The notes under the pieces: generated by a model
The model's input: only the letters and a program-made list of their open reading frames with translations
The model's database searches: none
What the model was told of the DNA's origin: nothing
Assembly: GCA_902522415.1 (NCBI GenBank)
Contig: CABYVI010000002.1
Span: 10,568-74,567, forward strand
Source: an uncultured SAR116 cluster alpha proteobacterium
Lineage (GTDB): Bacteria; Pseudomonadota; Alphaproteobacteria; Puniceispirillales; GCA-002684695
Length of the DNA: 64,000 nucleotides
Direction: 5' to 3'
Shown: piece after piece, positions 46,684 to 56,739 of the stretch
Numbering within the stretch: position 1 is the first letter of the stretch
Layout of the letters: each line of letters opens with the position of its first letter
Program-made: the position numbers and the translations under genes

Positions 46684-47847
46684 ATGCCTATAATTAATCA
46701 AATTGCAGATTATTATGAAGAAATGAAAGAATGGCGAAGGCATTTGCATGCAAACCCAGAACTTGGTTTTGAATGTTTTAATACTTCTGAATTTGTCATT
46801 CAAAAACTAAAAGAATTTGGCATAAATAAAATTTATACAGGTATTGCTAAAACTGGCTTAGTGGCAATTATTAATGGAAAGAAAAAAGGAAAGACTATTG
46901 GTTTAAGGGCAGACATGGATGCATTACCCTTAACAGAGGAAATTGATCACAATTATAAATCTAGGGTAGATGGAGTGATGCATGCTTGTGGGCATGATGG
47001 ACACACCACAATGCTTTTGGGAGCAGCTAAGTATTTAGCTGATACAAAAAACTTTGCGGGACAAGTCGCATTAATTTTTCAACCCGCCGAAGAAAAAGGT
47101 GGTGGTGCTGGAGAAATGTGCAAAGAAGGGATAATGGATAAATTTTCTATAGATGAAGTATATGGCATCCATACTCTACCTGGATCACCATTGGGAAAAT
47201 TTGAAACAAACTCAAATACCGTTTTTGCAGCGTCAGATGACTTTTTAATCAATATTACAGGAAATGGTGGGCATGGAGCTTACCCTGAACAAACTGTAGA
47301 CCCAGTTATGATAGCAACTCAAATTACACAAGGTATTCAATCAATAACTGCAAGGAATATTAACGCTTTAAAACCTGTTGTTATTTCAGTTACTCAAATA
47401 CATACTGGGACTGCTTATAATATTATCCCAGAAACTGCATCCATAAATGGAACAGTAAGGACGCTGACAGAAGAAACTCAAGAATTAGTTAAACAGAGAA
47501 TGACAGAAATTTGTAATGGTTATTCTTTGGCGTTTAATGGGAAAATAGAATTAATTTATAACTATGGGTATCCTGCTACAATTAATTATGAGAAAGAGGC
47601 TGCCTTTGCAATTGAAGTTGCAGAAGAAATTTCAGGCAAGAAAAATGTTGATGGAAATGCAAAACCAGATATGGGAGCAGAAGATTTCTCTTTTATGCTT
47701 CATGAACGCCCTGGTGCTTTTTTGAATTTAGGACAAGGTAATGGACCTGGTGTTCATAATACAAAATTTGACTTTAATGACGACTTATCTCCAATTGGAG
47801 CTAGTTTCTTTGTGAAACTTATAGAAAAAGGCCTGCCTCTAAATTAA
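46684..47847 (+). CDS. M20D-family amidohydrolase (hippurate hydrolase / N-acyl-L-amino-acid amidohydrolase type)
   Basis: 387 aa. WRRHLHANPELGFE, HACGHDGHTTMLLGAA, FQPAEE, the GAEDFSFM segment. Confidence 0.85.
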   Translation: MPIINQIADYYEEMKEWRRHLHANPELGFECFNTSEFVIQKLKEFGINKIYTGIAKTGLVAIINGKKKGKTIGLRADMDALPLTEEIDHNYKSRVDGVMHACGHDGHTTMLLGAAKYLADTKNFAGQVALIFQPAEEKGGGAGEMCKEGIMDKFSIDEVYGIHTLPGSPLGKFETNSNTVFAASDDFLINITGNGGHGAYPEQTVDPVMIATQITQGIQSITARNINALKPVVISVTQIHTGTAYNIIPETASINGTVRTLTEETQELVKQRMTEICNGYSLAFNGKIELIYNYGYPATINYEKEAAFAIEVAEEISGKKNVDGNAKPDMGAEDFSFMLHERPGAFLNLGQGNGPGVHNTKFDFNDDLSPIGASFFVKLIEKGLPLN

Positions 47848-48512
47848 GGTACTAATCTTACAAACTTATTATCTTTATGTTTTAAATCCCATAAAGATGA
47901 GTTTTCCATATCAAACCACCACCCATGTAGTTTAATTTTATTATCTGAAACTAAATCGGATATCCAAGGGAATGATTTAAGATTATTAATAGAATTTATT
48001 ATAGAATTCTTTTCAGCTATATGTTGAGTGGGACCAGGCCAATTATCAAAGTCTAAATCAATTACTGATTTCTTGGAAATTTGAAGCCAACTATCAAGGA
48101 ATTCTCTCTTATTAGAAATCTTATTATCTAATCCGAACTTTTCATCTTTACAATTTTTACATAATTCTGATATGCCACCACAAAAAGCGTGTCCTAGAAC
48201 AATTATATGGTCAACTTTTAGATCTTTAACCGCAAATTCAATACCTGCACTAACTCCATGATAACCTTCATCGGGTTCATATGGAGGGACTAAATTTGCA
48301 ACATTTCGTACAATAAATAATTCACCTGGTTTAGTGCCAAATAAAATTGCAGGGTCAACTCTTGAATCAGAGCAAGATATAATCATAATTTTTGGTTTCT
48401 GACCTCTCTCAAGCAGAGTTTTAAAAAAAACTCTTTCTTTTGAAAAATAATTATCTCTGAAATGTTTAAACCCATTTATGAGCGGCTTTACCATAAAATA
48501 ACTCCTATACAA
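47844..48512 (-). CDS. Beta-class carbonic anhydrase
   Basis: CSDSRVDP and GHAFCGG zinc-ligand motifs. Probable true start at MVKPLINGF. Confidence 0.85.
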   Translation of the reverse strand: MYRSYFMVKPLINGFKHFRDNYFSKERVFFKTLLERGQKPKIMIISCSDSRVDPAILFGTKPGELFIVRNVANLVPPYEPDEGYHGVSAGIEFAVKDLKVDHIIVLGHAFCGGISELCKNCKDEKFGLDNKISNKREFLDSWLQISKKSVIDLDFDNWPGPTQHIAEKNSIINSINNLKSFPWISDLVSDNKIKLHGWWFDMENSSLWDLKHKDNKFVRLVP

Positions 48513-48529
48513 CTCGATTTAGAAAGCTT

Positions 48530-48949
48530 TCAAACCTCAATTTTTTGGTGAACTTCAATAATGTTACCTTCAGGGTCGTAAAAAAAAATTTGGTGCCATT
48601 CAGCAGAAAAAGTTGTGCCATAATCTGCATAATTAATTTTATTTTTTTTTAAAATACTTATAAATTCCTTTAAATTATCTGTTCTAAATGCGATATGGCC
48701 TCTTTCAACTGGATTAATATGTTTCTTATTTAGACTGGCAATATCTAAATTTTTTTCTGCTAAATGCATTTGTATCTTACCTTCAGTTACAAATTTTATT
48801 TCTCCATTATAACCAGTACTCTCAGTAGCTTTAGTTCTTTTAAAATTATCTTCTGATATACTATCCATTTGTAGAATATTTTTATAAAAGTTATTTAATT
48901 TTTCTACATTTCTAGTGACATAGTTAATGTGATGGAATTCAAGTTTCAT
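48530..48949 (-). CDS. VOC/glyoxalase-family protein
   Basis: 139 aa. FHHINYVTRNVEKLNNFY, the HIAF segment and FFYDPEGNIIEV. Confidence 0.7.
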   Translation of the reverse strand: MKLEFHHINYVTRNVEKLNNFYKNILQMDSISEDNFKRTKATESTGYNGEIKFVTEGKIQMHLAEKNLDIASLNKKHINPVERGHIAFRTDNLKEFISILKKNKINYADYGTTFSAEWHQIFFYDPEGNIIEVHQKIEV

Positions 48950-49041
48950 AATTTATAAAAGATTATTAAGTATTTTATTATTTATATTAGTAATATTACA
49001 TGATTAAAGTTTAAACACTAAACATAAAAATTAGTTTAATT

Positions 49042-50130
49042 ATGGGAAAAAGAATTTTAGCACTTGGTGGTGACGGCATCGGACCTGAAGTTCTTGAATC
49101 TGGTATTCAAGTATTACAGCTAATTGACCAAATTTACAATATTGATTTAGAATTTGAATTGGATGATATAGGTGGCATATCTTGGGATAAGCATGGCACT
49201 TTCTGTACTAATAAAACTATTGAAAAAGCAAAAGCTTCAGATGCGATATTAGTTGGAGCTGTTGGAGGACCAAAATGGGATAATTTAAATATAAAAGGCC
49301 CCCCAGAAAATCAAGATGGATTAATGAAACTAAGGAAAGAACTTGATGCTTTTCTTGGTATAAGACCAGCTTTATATTATAGAGGATTACAAAATCAGGT
49401 TCCATTAAAGAAAAGATTATTTGAAAATGCAGATATACTTATATTACGTGAAATGACAAGCGGTGTAATGTTTTCTCAACCAAGGGGAACAAAAAATATT
49501 GATGGAATACGTTATGCTTTTGATACTGCAGCTTACAATGAAATTGAAATCAGAAGATTTGTTAGAGAAGGTTTTGAATTAGCTAGAAAAAGAAAGAAAA
49601 AAATTTGTTCTATTGATAAGGCAAATGTAATGGAAAGTTACAAACTTTGGAGAAAAGTAGTAGACGAAGTTTCTAATGAATATAGAGACATAGAATTAAC
49701 CCATTACTATGCTGATAATTGTGCATTTCAATTTGTCATGAACCCCTCAAATTTTGATGTTATGCTAGGCTGTAATTTTTTAGGTGATTTGTTTTCTGAC
49801 TTAGCAGCTATCATTTCAGGTGGATTAGGTTTGTTGCCATCAGCATGCCTTTGTGGATCAACAAATTTTCCTGTAAAAGGTATTTATGAGCCTGTTCATG
49901 GATCTGCTCCTGATATTATGAATTTAGGCAAGGCAAATCCTATTGGTATGATTTTAAGTATCTCAATGATGTTTTATTATTCATTTAATCGTAAAGACAT
50001 TAGTAAAATCATTGACCATTCTGTAAAAACAATAATTAATAAAGGCCATGTAACTCGTGATTTAAATGGTCATTTATCTACACAAGACGTAACTAAAAAA
50101 ATTTTAGATCAGATTAAATTATGTCATTAA
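49042..50130 (+). CDS. Isopropylmalate/isocitrate/tartrate dehydrogenase-family beta-decarboxylating dehydrogenase (LeuB-like)
   Basis: 362 aa. LGGDGIGPEV, GAVGGPKWD, LRKELDAFLGIRPA, the DNCAFQ and GSAPDI segments. Sits in a catabolic-looking operon, not with leuCD. Confidence 0.8.
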   Translation: MGKRILALGGDGIGPEVLESGIQVLQLIDQIYNIDLEFELDDIGGISWDKHGTFCTNKTIEKAKASDAILVGAVGGPKWDNLNIKGPPENQDGLMKLRKELDAFLGIRPALYYRGLQNQVPLKKRLFENADILILREMTSGVMFSQPRGTKNIDGIRYAFDTAAYNEIEIRRFVREGFELARKRKKKICSIDKANVMESYKLWRKVVDEVSNEYRDIELTHYYADNCAFQFVMNPSNFDVMLGCNFLGDLFSDLAAIISGGLGLLPSACLCGSTNFPVKGIYEPVHGSAPDIMNLGKANPIGMILSISMMFYYSFNRKDISKIIDHSVKTIINKGHVTRDLNGHLSTQDVTKKILDQIKLCH

Positions 50131-51827
50131 GTTATGATTATATAATTGCCGGTGGTGGGTCAGCAGGGTGTACTTTAGCTTCAAATCTAGCAGTTAAATC
50201 TGATGCAAAAATATTGCTTATTGAAGGCGGTGGAAATGGTAAAAGTTTATTTACAGAAATGCCTGCAGGAAATGGGTTTATTTTTGGCAATCCAACCTAT
50301 GATTGGATGTTTGAGAGCATTCCTCAAAAAGGACTAAATGGAAATAAAATTTACTATCCTAGAGGTAAAGGTCTTGGAGGTTCATCTTTATTAAATGGCA
50401 TGATCTATATTAGAGGAAACCCTATTGATTTTGACAGATGGAGACAAAAAGGGTTGGAAGGTTGGTCTTACGCCGATGTCCTTCCATACTTTAAGCAATC
50501 AGGTAATGCACATCACAGAAAAGGAAGTCCGTTTCATTCAAATACTGGTCCTTTGAAGATATCGCCTGCTGGTAATGATGACCTTATAAACAAAGCTTTT
50601 ATTGATGCTTGTATACAGGCTGGAGCAACTTATAATAAAGACTTTAATGGACTTAAACAAAATGGGGTTGGAAGGTATGACAGTACAATTTTTAAGGGCA
50701 TCAGAAGCTCATCAAGAAAGTCATATTTAGATAAAAAGTTTAAAAACCTCACTATCTTAAAAAATGAAAAGGTTTTTAAAGTCATTATTGAAAAAGAAAG
50801 AGCAAAGGGAATACAGCTAAAAGATAAAATAATCCATGCTGAAAAAGAGATTGTTCTCTGTCTAGGCGCTTTTGGCTCACCTCAATGTCTAATGTTGTCT
50901 GGAGTTGGTCCTGAAGATCACATAAAATACCATGGCATCGATTTGAAATTGGATTTACCAGGAGTAGGTTTGTCATTATATGATCATCCAAATTTTCCTG
51001 TCCATTTCTCTCTTAAAGATGAAAACTTAAGTATGTCTAGATACCAGCGTTTAGACAGGGCAATAGCAATGGGTTTAGAATATATTTTTTTTAAAAGTGG
51101 TGCTGCAGCCTCATCTTTTTGGTCTACATCTCTTTTTCATTCATTAAATGATGAAGAACTGCCTGAAATCCAAATTAATTTTACTCCTATGGTTGTTAAA
51201 GAAGAAGCTGCTAGTACAAATTTTTCAATTCAAAACTTTTTAAATTTTGGAAAAGCAATAATTGCTAGAGGAAAAACTGCAATACCAGGAATTCAACTTG
51301 ACATTAATTTACTTCAACCAAAAAGTGTTGGTTCAGTTAAATTATCTTCATCAAATCCTTATGAAAAACCTTTAATAGATCCAGGTTATCTTAGCGATCA
51401 AAGAGATATAGAGGATCTTTGCAAGGCATTTAAGCATTTAAGGCATATATGTAATCAAGATGCTCTCAAAACAATAATTGGAAGTGAGTTGTCTCCAGGA
51501 AAAAATATTAAAACAGAAGACGAAATTCATACTGCAATAAGAAACTTAACTACGACTGGTCATCATCCTGTGTCTACGTGTAGAATGGGTAATGAAAATG
51601 ATAAAGAAGCTGTTTTAGATAAGAACCTTAAAGTTCGAGGTATTAATTCTTTAAGGATTGTTGATGCCTCGGCATTTCCTGACCAGATTAATGGAAATAC
51701 AAATGCAGCTGTTATAATGATGGCTGAAAAAGCAGCAGATATCATACTTAAAATTTCACCATTAAAAAGAGAGGATCCAAGAGAAAACTCTTTTTTATTA
51801 GAAAAGGAAGAAAATGAAAATTTATAA
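50121..51827 (+). CDS. GMC-family FAD oxidoreductase (choline/alcohol dehydrogenase-like)
   Basis: 568 aa. YDYIIAGGGSAGCTLASNLA, GKGLGGSSLLNGMIYIRG, C-terminal HPVSTCRMG. Overlaps the upstream gene by 10 nt. Confidence 0.85.
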   Translation: MSLSYDYIIAGGGSAGCTLASNLAVKSDAKILLIEGGGNGKSLFTEMPAGNGFIFGNPTYDWMFESIPQKGLNGNKIYYPRGKGLGGSSLLNGMIYIRGNPIDFDRWRQKGLEGWSYADVLPYFKQSGNAHHRKGSPFHSNTGPLKISPAGNDDLINKAFIDACIQAGATYNKDFNGLKQNGVGRYDSTIFKGIRSSSRKSYLDKKFKNLTILKNEKVFKVIIEKERAKGIQLKDKIIHAEKEIVLCLGAFGSPQCLMLSGVGPEDHIKYHGIDLKLDLPGVGLSLYDHPNFPVHFSLKDENLSMSRYQRLDRAIAMGLEYIFFKSGAAASSFWSTSLFHSLNDEELPEIQINFTPMVVKEEAASTNFSIQNFLNFGKAIIARGKTAIPGIQLDINLLQPKSVGSVKLSSSNPYEKPLIDPGYLSDQRDIEDLCKAFKHLRHICNQDALKTIIGSELSPGKNIKTEDEIHTAIRNLTTTGHHPVSTCRMGNENDKEAVLDKNLKVRGINSLRIVDASAFPDQINGNTNAAVIMMAEKAADIILKISPLKREDPRENSFLLEKEENENL

Positions 51828-53286
51828 TTGTTTTATAAATAACAAATGGGTGAAACCCCATTCAGGGAAATGGTTTTATTCTGAAAATCCAGCAAATGGA
51901 GAAGAATGGGCTAAAGTTTCAGATTGTAATTCTGAGGACGTCAATGATGCAGTAAAAGCAGCTAAAGATGCTTTCTATGAGGGTGAATGGAGTATGATTT
52001 CTGCAGCCCAAAGAGGCAGATACCTTCACAGAATTGGTGAAGTAGTAACTAAATATGCTGACCGTTTAGGAAAAGTAGAAACCAAGGATAATGGAAAGCT
52101 ACCAAAAAATATTACTCCTTCTCTCAGGCAGGGACAATGGCTTGTTGATAGTTGGCACTATTATGGCGGTATGTGTGATAAATTTGAAGGTAAGTTAATT
52201 CCATCAGAAGCAACAAATATTCATAACTATATGCATTGGGAGCCTTATGGTGTGGTTGCTCAAATTCTTCCTTGGAACTCTCCATTAGGAACTTTATTTT
52301 GGAAATTAGCTCCATGCCTTGCAGCGGGCAATACAGTGGTTCTAAAACCCTCAGAGCATGCAAGCTGCTCAATTTTAGAATTAATGGAAATATTAATTGA
52401 AGCTGAGTTGCCACCTGGTGTAATAAATGTTGTTACAGGTTATGGGAAAAGTGTTGGAGAGCCTCTAATAGAACACAAAGATGTTAGAATGGTGTCTTTT
52501 ACTGGTGGAACTAGTGGCGGAAGAGCTGTTGCTTCAATAGCTTCGAAACAAACAAAGCCAATTGTTATGGAGCTTGGTGGTAAATCTCCACAAATTATCT
52601 TACCAGATGCAGATATAGATTTAGCTGTTAACGGCGTAGTTTCAGGTATTTTCCCGGCGGGTGGTCAAAGCTGTATCTCTGGTTCACGAATACTTATTCA
52701 CAAATCAATTTTTAAAGAAGTAACCAAGAAATTATTAACAATATCAAAAAAAGCTGTGGTTGGCGATCCTCTTGATCCCAAAACGCATATTGGTCCTATT
52801 GCTAACAAGAACCATTATGAAAATATTTTGAAAAATATTTCCAAAGCTACTGAAGACGGTTGTGAGATAATTCTAGATGGTAGAACTCATAAAAAGGATA
52901 AAGGATATTTTGTTGGACCTACAATATTTTCAAATGTGCCAAATAGTTCTTTTTTAGCTCAGAATGAAATTTTCGGTCCAGTTATCTCAACTGAACCTTG
53001 GGAAGATGAAAGTGAAGTTATTAAAAAAGCTAATGATACCATTTATGGTCTTGCAGCAGGAATATGGACAAAAGATACAATTAAAGGAATGCGGTTAGCA
53101 AATAGAATTGAATCAGGCACAGTTTATATTAACAATTACTTTAATGCAGCAACACAAAGTCCAGTTGGCGGATATAAGCAATCTGGTTATGGTAGAGAAA
53201 ATGGTTGGGAGGGAATGAGATGCTTTATGCAAACTAAATCTGTATGGCTTTCGACAAAGCCATCCGAACCAGATCCATTTTTATAA
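51814..53286 (+). CDS. NAD(P)-dependent aldehyde dehydrogenase
   Basis: 490 aa. FTGGTSGG, MELGGKSP, catalytic Cys region GQSCISGSR, EIFGPV. 14 nt overlap upstream. Confidence 0.9.
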   Translation: MKIYNCFINNKWVKPHSGKWFYSENPANGEEWAKVSDCNSEDVNDAVKAAKDAFYEGEWSMISAAQRGRYLHRIGEVVTKYADRLGKVETKDNGKLPKNITPSLRQGQWLVDSWHYYGGMCDKFEGKLIPSEATNIHNYMHWEPYGVVAQILPWNSPLGTLFWKLAPCLAAGNTVVLKPSEHASCSILELMEILIEAELPPGVINVVTGYGKSVGEPLIEHKDVRMVSFTGGTSGGRAVASIASKQTKPIVMELGGKSPQIILPDADIDLAVNGVVSGIFPAGGQSCISGSRILIHKSIFKEVTKKLLTISKKAVVGDPLDPKTHIGPIANKNHYENILKNISKATEDGCEIILDGRTHKKDKGYFVGPTIFSNVPNSSFLAQNEIFGPVISTEPWEDESEVIKKANDTIYGLAAGIWTKDTIKGMRLANRIESGTVYINNYFNAATQSPVGGYKQSGYGRENGWEGMRCFMQTKSVWLSTKPSEPDPFL

Positions 53287-53290
53287 AAAA

Positions 53291-54337
53291 ATGAAACCCG
53301 TCAAAAGTAAATTATTACTAGAAGGAAAACGAATTAACGTTAAATCAAGTACTTCTATTAGAGTTTTAAACAATATTTTTTTGAAGTTAGGATGCTCAAG
53401 AAAAACTAGCAAAGAAGTTTCAGAGCATCTTACAGATTCCAGTCTTTGTGACATGGAAAGTCATGGAATAATGCGCGTGTTACAGTATTCAGAACAATTT
53501 AAGTCAGGTTATATGAATGCTAAAGCAAAACCAAAAATCTTAGTTGATGACAAAGGGATAAAAAGGGTATCAGGTAATGGAGGTATTGGGATTCCAGTAA
53601 TGACTATCGCCTATAATGCAGGCGTTAGTGATGCAAAAAAATATGGGGTTTCGGCCTTATCCATTAGGGATGTTGGGCATACTGGAAGGCATGGTGCTTT
53701 TGCTGATGATGCTGCAAACAAAGGTGTCCTGACGATTTGTGTTGGTGGTGGAAATAGATATACATGGAGGCAAGTTGCACCTTATGGAGGTTCGAAAGCT
53801 ATTCTTCCAACAAACCCTTGGTGTATTGGCATTCCTGGTGGCAATTTAGGACCAGTAGTACTAGATTTTGCAACATCTAAAATTGCTGGTGGTTGGATAT
53901 ATGCCGCAAAATCTGCAAATGCTTTATTACCAAAAGATTGTATCATTGACAAAAGTGGTAATCCTTCTCAAAACCCAGATGACTATTTTAACGGAGGTGC
54001 AATTCTTCCATCTGGAGCACAAAAGGGATATGGCTTAGCATTAATAGGTGAGTTAATAGGAGAGGCTCTCTTAGGGCCATCCACTACTGAAGCAAATTGG
54101 CTCCTTATTTCAATAGATACGACTAGATATAGAAATAAAAACAATATTCAAAATGCTGCAGAGGAAATTTTAGACGAAATAAGAAAATGTCCACCCTCAA
54201 AAGGATTTAAAAATGTCGAAATTCCAGGGGAAAGAGAAAGGCAAAGTCGTAATAACGCAAATGGTAAAATTTCAATACCTGAAAGTACATGGAATCAAAT
54301 ATTAGAACTTTCAAATAAGCTAAGCACCATTAGCTGA
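53291..54337 (+). CDS. Ldh_2-family (malate/L-lactate/ureidoglycolate-type) dehydrogenase
   Basis: 348 aa. ESHGIMRVLQY, HTGRHGAF, the ATSKIA and QKGYGLAL segments. Confidence 0.7.
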   Translation: MKPVKSKLLLEGKRINVKSSTSIRVLNNIFLKLGCSRKTSKEVSEHLTDSSLCDMESHGIMRVLQYSEQFKSGYMNAKAKPKILVDDKGIKRVSGNGGIGIPVMTIAYNAGVSDAKKYGVSALSIRDVGHTGRHGAFADDAANKGVLTICVGGGNRYTWRQVAPYGGSKAILPTNPWCIGIPGGNLGPVVLDFATSKIAGGWIYAAKSANALLPKDCIIDKSGNPSQNPDDYFNGGAILPSGAQKGYGLALIGELIGEALLGPSTTEANWLLISIDTTRYRNKNNIQNAAEEILDEIRKCPPSKGFKNVEIPGERERQSRNNANGKISIPESTWNQILELSNKLSTIS

Positions 54338-54338
54338 C

Positions 54339-55139
54339 CTACAAAGAAACAATTTTTTTGATTTGAGGGAGAGCCTCTTTACCTTTTTTATACATTAAGT
54401 CCAAGTATTCATTATTGTTCCAATTGGAAATAGATTGAGTGTAATTACGCTTCATTTTAATTTTAGAATACCAATTAGAGAGAAATTTTTTCTTTTCATA
54501 AAAAATAGATAAGTTTAAATGCTCAAATCTAGTCAAATAAGGTGTATACGTAATATCAGCAAGAGAGTAATTATCGCCCACCAACCAATCATTTTTTGAT
54601 AAATGTGCATCTAAGTCGTCAAATAACTTTATGTATTCATTCAAAGCGCCTGGAAGAAATTTTGAATTTAATCCATTAAAAATTGTATCCTTGCTTATTT
54701 CTTGTCTTTTTTCACTAGGTATCTTCGCAATAAGATTATTTATTTCCTCAGTTGTATATTTATCTAAAAACTGAAATCTAAAGGCTAGACAAGAACTAAT
54801 TATAGCTATTGATGAGTGCAGAGAATCATCAACCCTTTTATTCCATAGCCTCATTACAGCAATACTATTAGCATCAACTGGCCTTAAGGATTTTTGTGTA
54901 AAAGCATCTTCTAAATATTCAATAATGATTGTTGATTCAATAATAATATTTTTACCATCGACTAGGGTCGGAACAACTCCATTTTTATTTAAATTTGTAA
55001 TATAGTCTTTTGACCTTGTTTCTCCTTTTCTTAAGTTCATATGGTGGCTATGCCACTTTAATTCTTTTTCATCTAAGACTAATCTGACCTTCTGTGAACA
55101 ACTAGACATGTCATTATGATATAAATGTAATTCAGACAT
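54339..55139 (-). CDS. Glutathione S-transferase family protein
   Basis: 266 aa. N-terminal thioredoxin-like GST domain (SSCSQKVRLVLDEKEL, VVPTLVDGKNIIIESTIIIEYLED). Confidence 0.8.
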   Translation of the reverse strand: MSELHLYHNDMSSCSQKVRLVLDEKELKWHSHHMNLRKGETRSKDYITNLNKNGVVPTLVDGKNIIIESTIIIEYLEDAFTQKSLRPVDANSIAVMRLWNKRVDDSLHSSIAIISSCLAFRFQFLDKYTTEEINNLIAKIPSEKRQEISKDTIFNGLNSKFLPGALNEYIKLFDDLDAHLSKNDWLVGDNYSLADITYTPYLTRFEHLNLSIFYEKKKFLSNWYSKIKMKRNYTQSISNWNNNEYLDLMYKKGKEALPQIKKIVSL

Positions 55140-55161
55140 TTAAAATCTCTCCCTTTGAATT

Positions 55162-55641
55162 TTATCTTGGACCTAATATTCCTTTTTTACTAAAATCAAT
55201 CTCAAAAAAATTATTTTTATTTAATTTACACCAATCCTCAAAAATCCACTCATCAGTATATGCCAGTGATTTATTTGGCATATAAATCTCACAACTAATT
55301 TTTATTTTCTTTTTAGTCTCATAAGCATACACTTTATACCTAGAGTAATTATCACCTTCAAATAAATCTAATTGTCTAATTATTTTTTTATCAAGTCCTT
55401 TTACCAGATATCCAAGAATTGGCTTCTTAGATAAAGTATCTTTGATAATCAATGGATAATTTGCATTCTTAACTTTGAATAATTTGAAACCAATTAAATA
55501 TGCATCACTTAAAATTAGTTTGTTTGCATTTTTATCTAAAACAGCATCCCTAACCTCTTGGGACCTTAATGTTCCATAAAAGAAAAGTGGTAGTATTTTG
55601 CTTTTATTCATCTTTATTTTAATAATATTAATCCATAACAA
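55162..55641 (-). CDS. Gamma-glutamylcyclotransferase (GGCT/AIG2-like) family protein
   Basis: LFFYGTLRSQEVRDAVL and the later FEGDNYSR segment. Probable real start is the internal MNKSKILP (55611). Confidence 0.6.
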   Translation of the reverse strand: MLWINIIKIKMNKSKILPLFFYGTLRSQEVRDAVLDKNANKLILSDAYLIGFKLFKVKNANYPLIIKDTLSKKPILGYLVKGLDKKIIRQLDLFEGDNYSRYKVYAYETKKKIKISCEIYMPNKSLAYTDEWIFEDWCKLNKNNFFEIDFSKKGILGPR

Positions 55642-56203
55642 ATCGAAAATTTTTTATGTCTTTATCAAGCTCTGAAAAGTTAATGTCTTTTTGAGGCGGG
55701 ACTATGAAAAGGCACTGTCTCCCATAAGTATCTTCTCTTTGGATATAGTTTTCAACGATATGGTAATAAGGTCTGTTGCAATAGTCATCAAATATTATTT
55801 TTGTCCCTTGTTTTGCATTTTTTAATGAAGTTAAAAAGCAGCAAACTCTGAACCTACCATCTATTAAGACTGTATCAGGAATTTGAGGTAATTTCCAAAT
55901 CCAATCAGTGTAATTATAAAAAATATCCGAATAATTGTAATTAATAGGGCGACCCCAATCACCCACCTCTCCTAAATCAATAAGTTTAATATTCAGTCTT
56001 TGAAGATATTTATTATTTTTATTTTTTGTAATTTGAACCCACTCACGTGAAGTATCTACAGAATGAACCACGATTTTAGAATTTCTTAAAACCCAGTCAG
56101 TCGAAAGGCCGCATCCATATTCACCATATAAATTTGTTTCTCTTAATATTTCTTTGAAGAGACTGTCATCTCCATCAAATAGAAGATTTTCCTTCTCTGT
56201 CAT
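55628..56203 (-). CDS. Hypothetical protein with class I methyltransferase-like fold
   Basis: 191 aa. Motif I-like YGEYGCGLST, acidic residue after beta-2 (VHSVDTS), DTVLIDGRFR resembling the FIDG motif of Methyltransf_24-type proteins. Weak. Confidence 0.4.
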   Translation of the reverse strand: MTEKENLLFDGDDSLFKEILRETNLYGEYGCGLSTDWVLRNSKIVVHSVDTSREWVQITKNKNNKYLQRLNIKLIDLGEVGDWGRPINYNYSDIFYNYTDWIWKLPQIPDTVLIDGRFRVCCFLTSLKNAKQGTKIIFDDYCNRPYYHIVENYIQREDTYGRQCLFIVPPQKDINFSELDKDIKNFRFVMD

Positions 56204-56733
56204 ATTTTAAAGAGATTTTTTTTATTATTATAATATTTCATTTTAATACATGGTACTTTCTTATTATGGAAAATGCTAAATATTTCTCCTTTTCCAATAA
56301 CATCAAAACCAGTTTTTATTAACACATTTCTAGAAGCCTTATTGCCAGTTAAATAACTTGCAAATATCTCTATATTATTAAAATTGTTCAAAAATCTTAA
56401 AGCGCCGTTCACAGCTTCAGTTGCCATTCCATTCCCCCAATATGGATACGCTAGCCAATACCCCAATTCAAAAATTTCTAAATCAACTTCTTTAAAACCG
56501 ACACCGCCAATGAGACTATCATTAAAATATATATTTGATTGAAATTTATTTCTTTTTACCAAATTAGACCAATTAATAGCATCTTGTAAAGAGTAAGGGT
56601 TGGGCACATTTGTTAAAAATTTTGCTACTTTCTTGTCGCCTATTTCTAATACTAGAGTTTTAAAATCTTTTTTTCTGATTTTTTTTATTTCTAATCTTGA
56701 TGTTTTAAAAATCATATTAATATCTAAAACCAA
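56200..56733 (-). CDS. GNAT-family N-acetyltransferase (RimJ/RimL-like)
   Basis: 177 aa. ELGYWLAYPYWGNGMATEAVNGALRF motif A region. Confidence 0.8.
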   Translation of the reverse strand: MVLDINMIFKTSRLEIKKIRKKDFKTLVLEIGDKKVAKFLTNVPNPYSLQDAINWSNLVKRNKFQSNIYFNDSLIGGVGFKEVDLEIFELGYWLAYPYWGNGMATEAVNGALRFLNNFNNIEIFASYLTGNKASRNVLIKTGFDVIGKGEIFSIFHNKKVPCIKMKYYNNKKNLFKI

Positions 56734-56739
56734 TACATT

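Noticed and set aside
50121-53286. GMC oxidoreductase plus aldehyde dehydrogenase read as betA-betB (choline to glycine betaine)
   Set aside because: The order and partners (LeuB-like gene upstream, Ldh_2 downstream, no betI or transporter) do not fit the bet operon. Motifs seen are family-level only, so no bet symbols were assigned.
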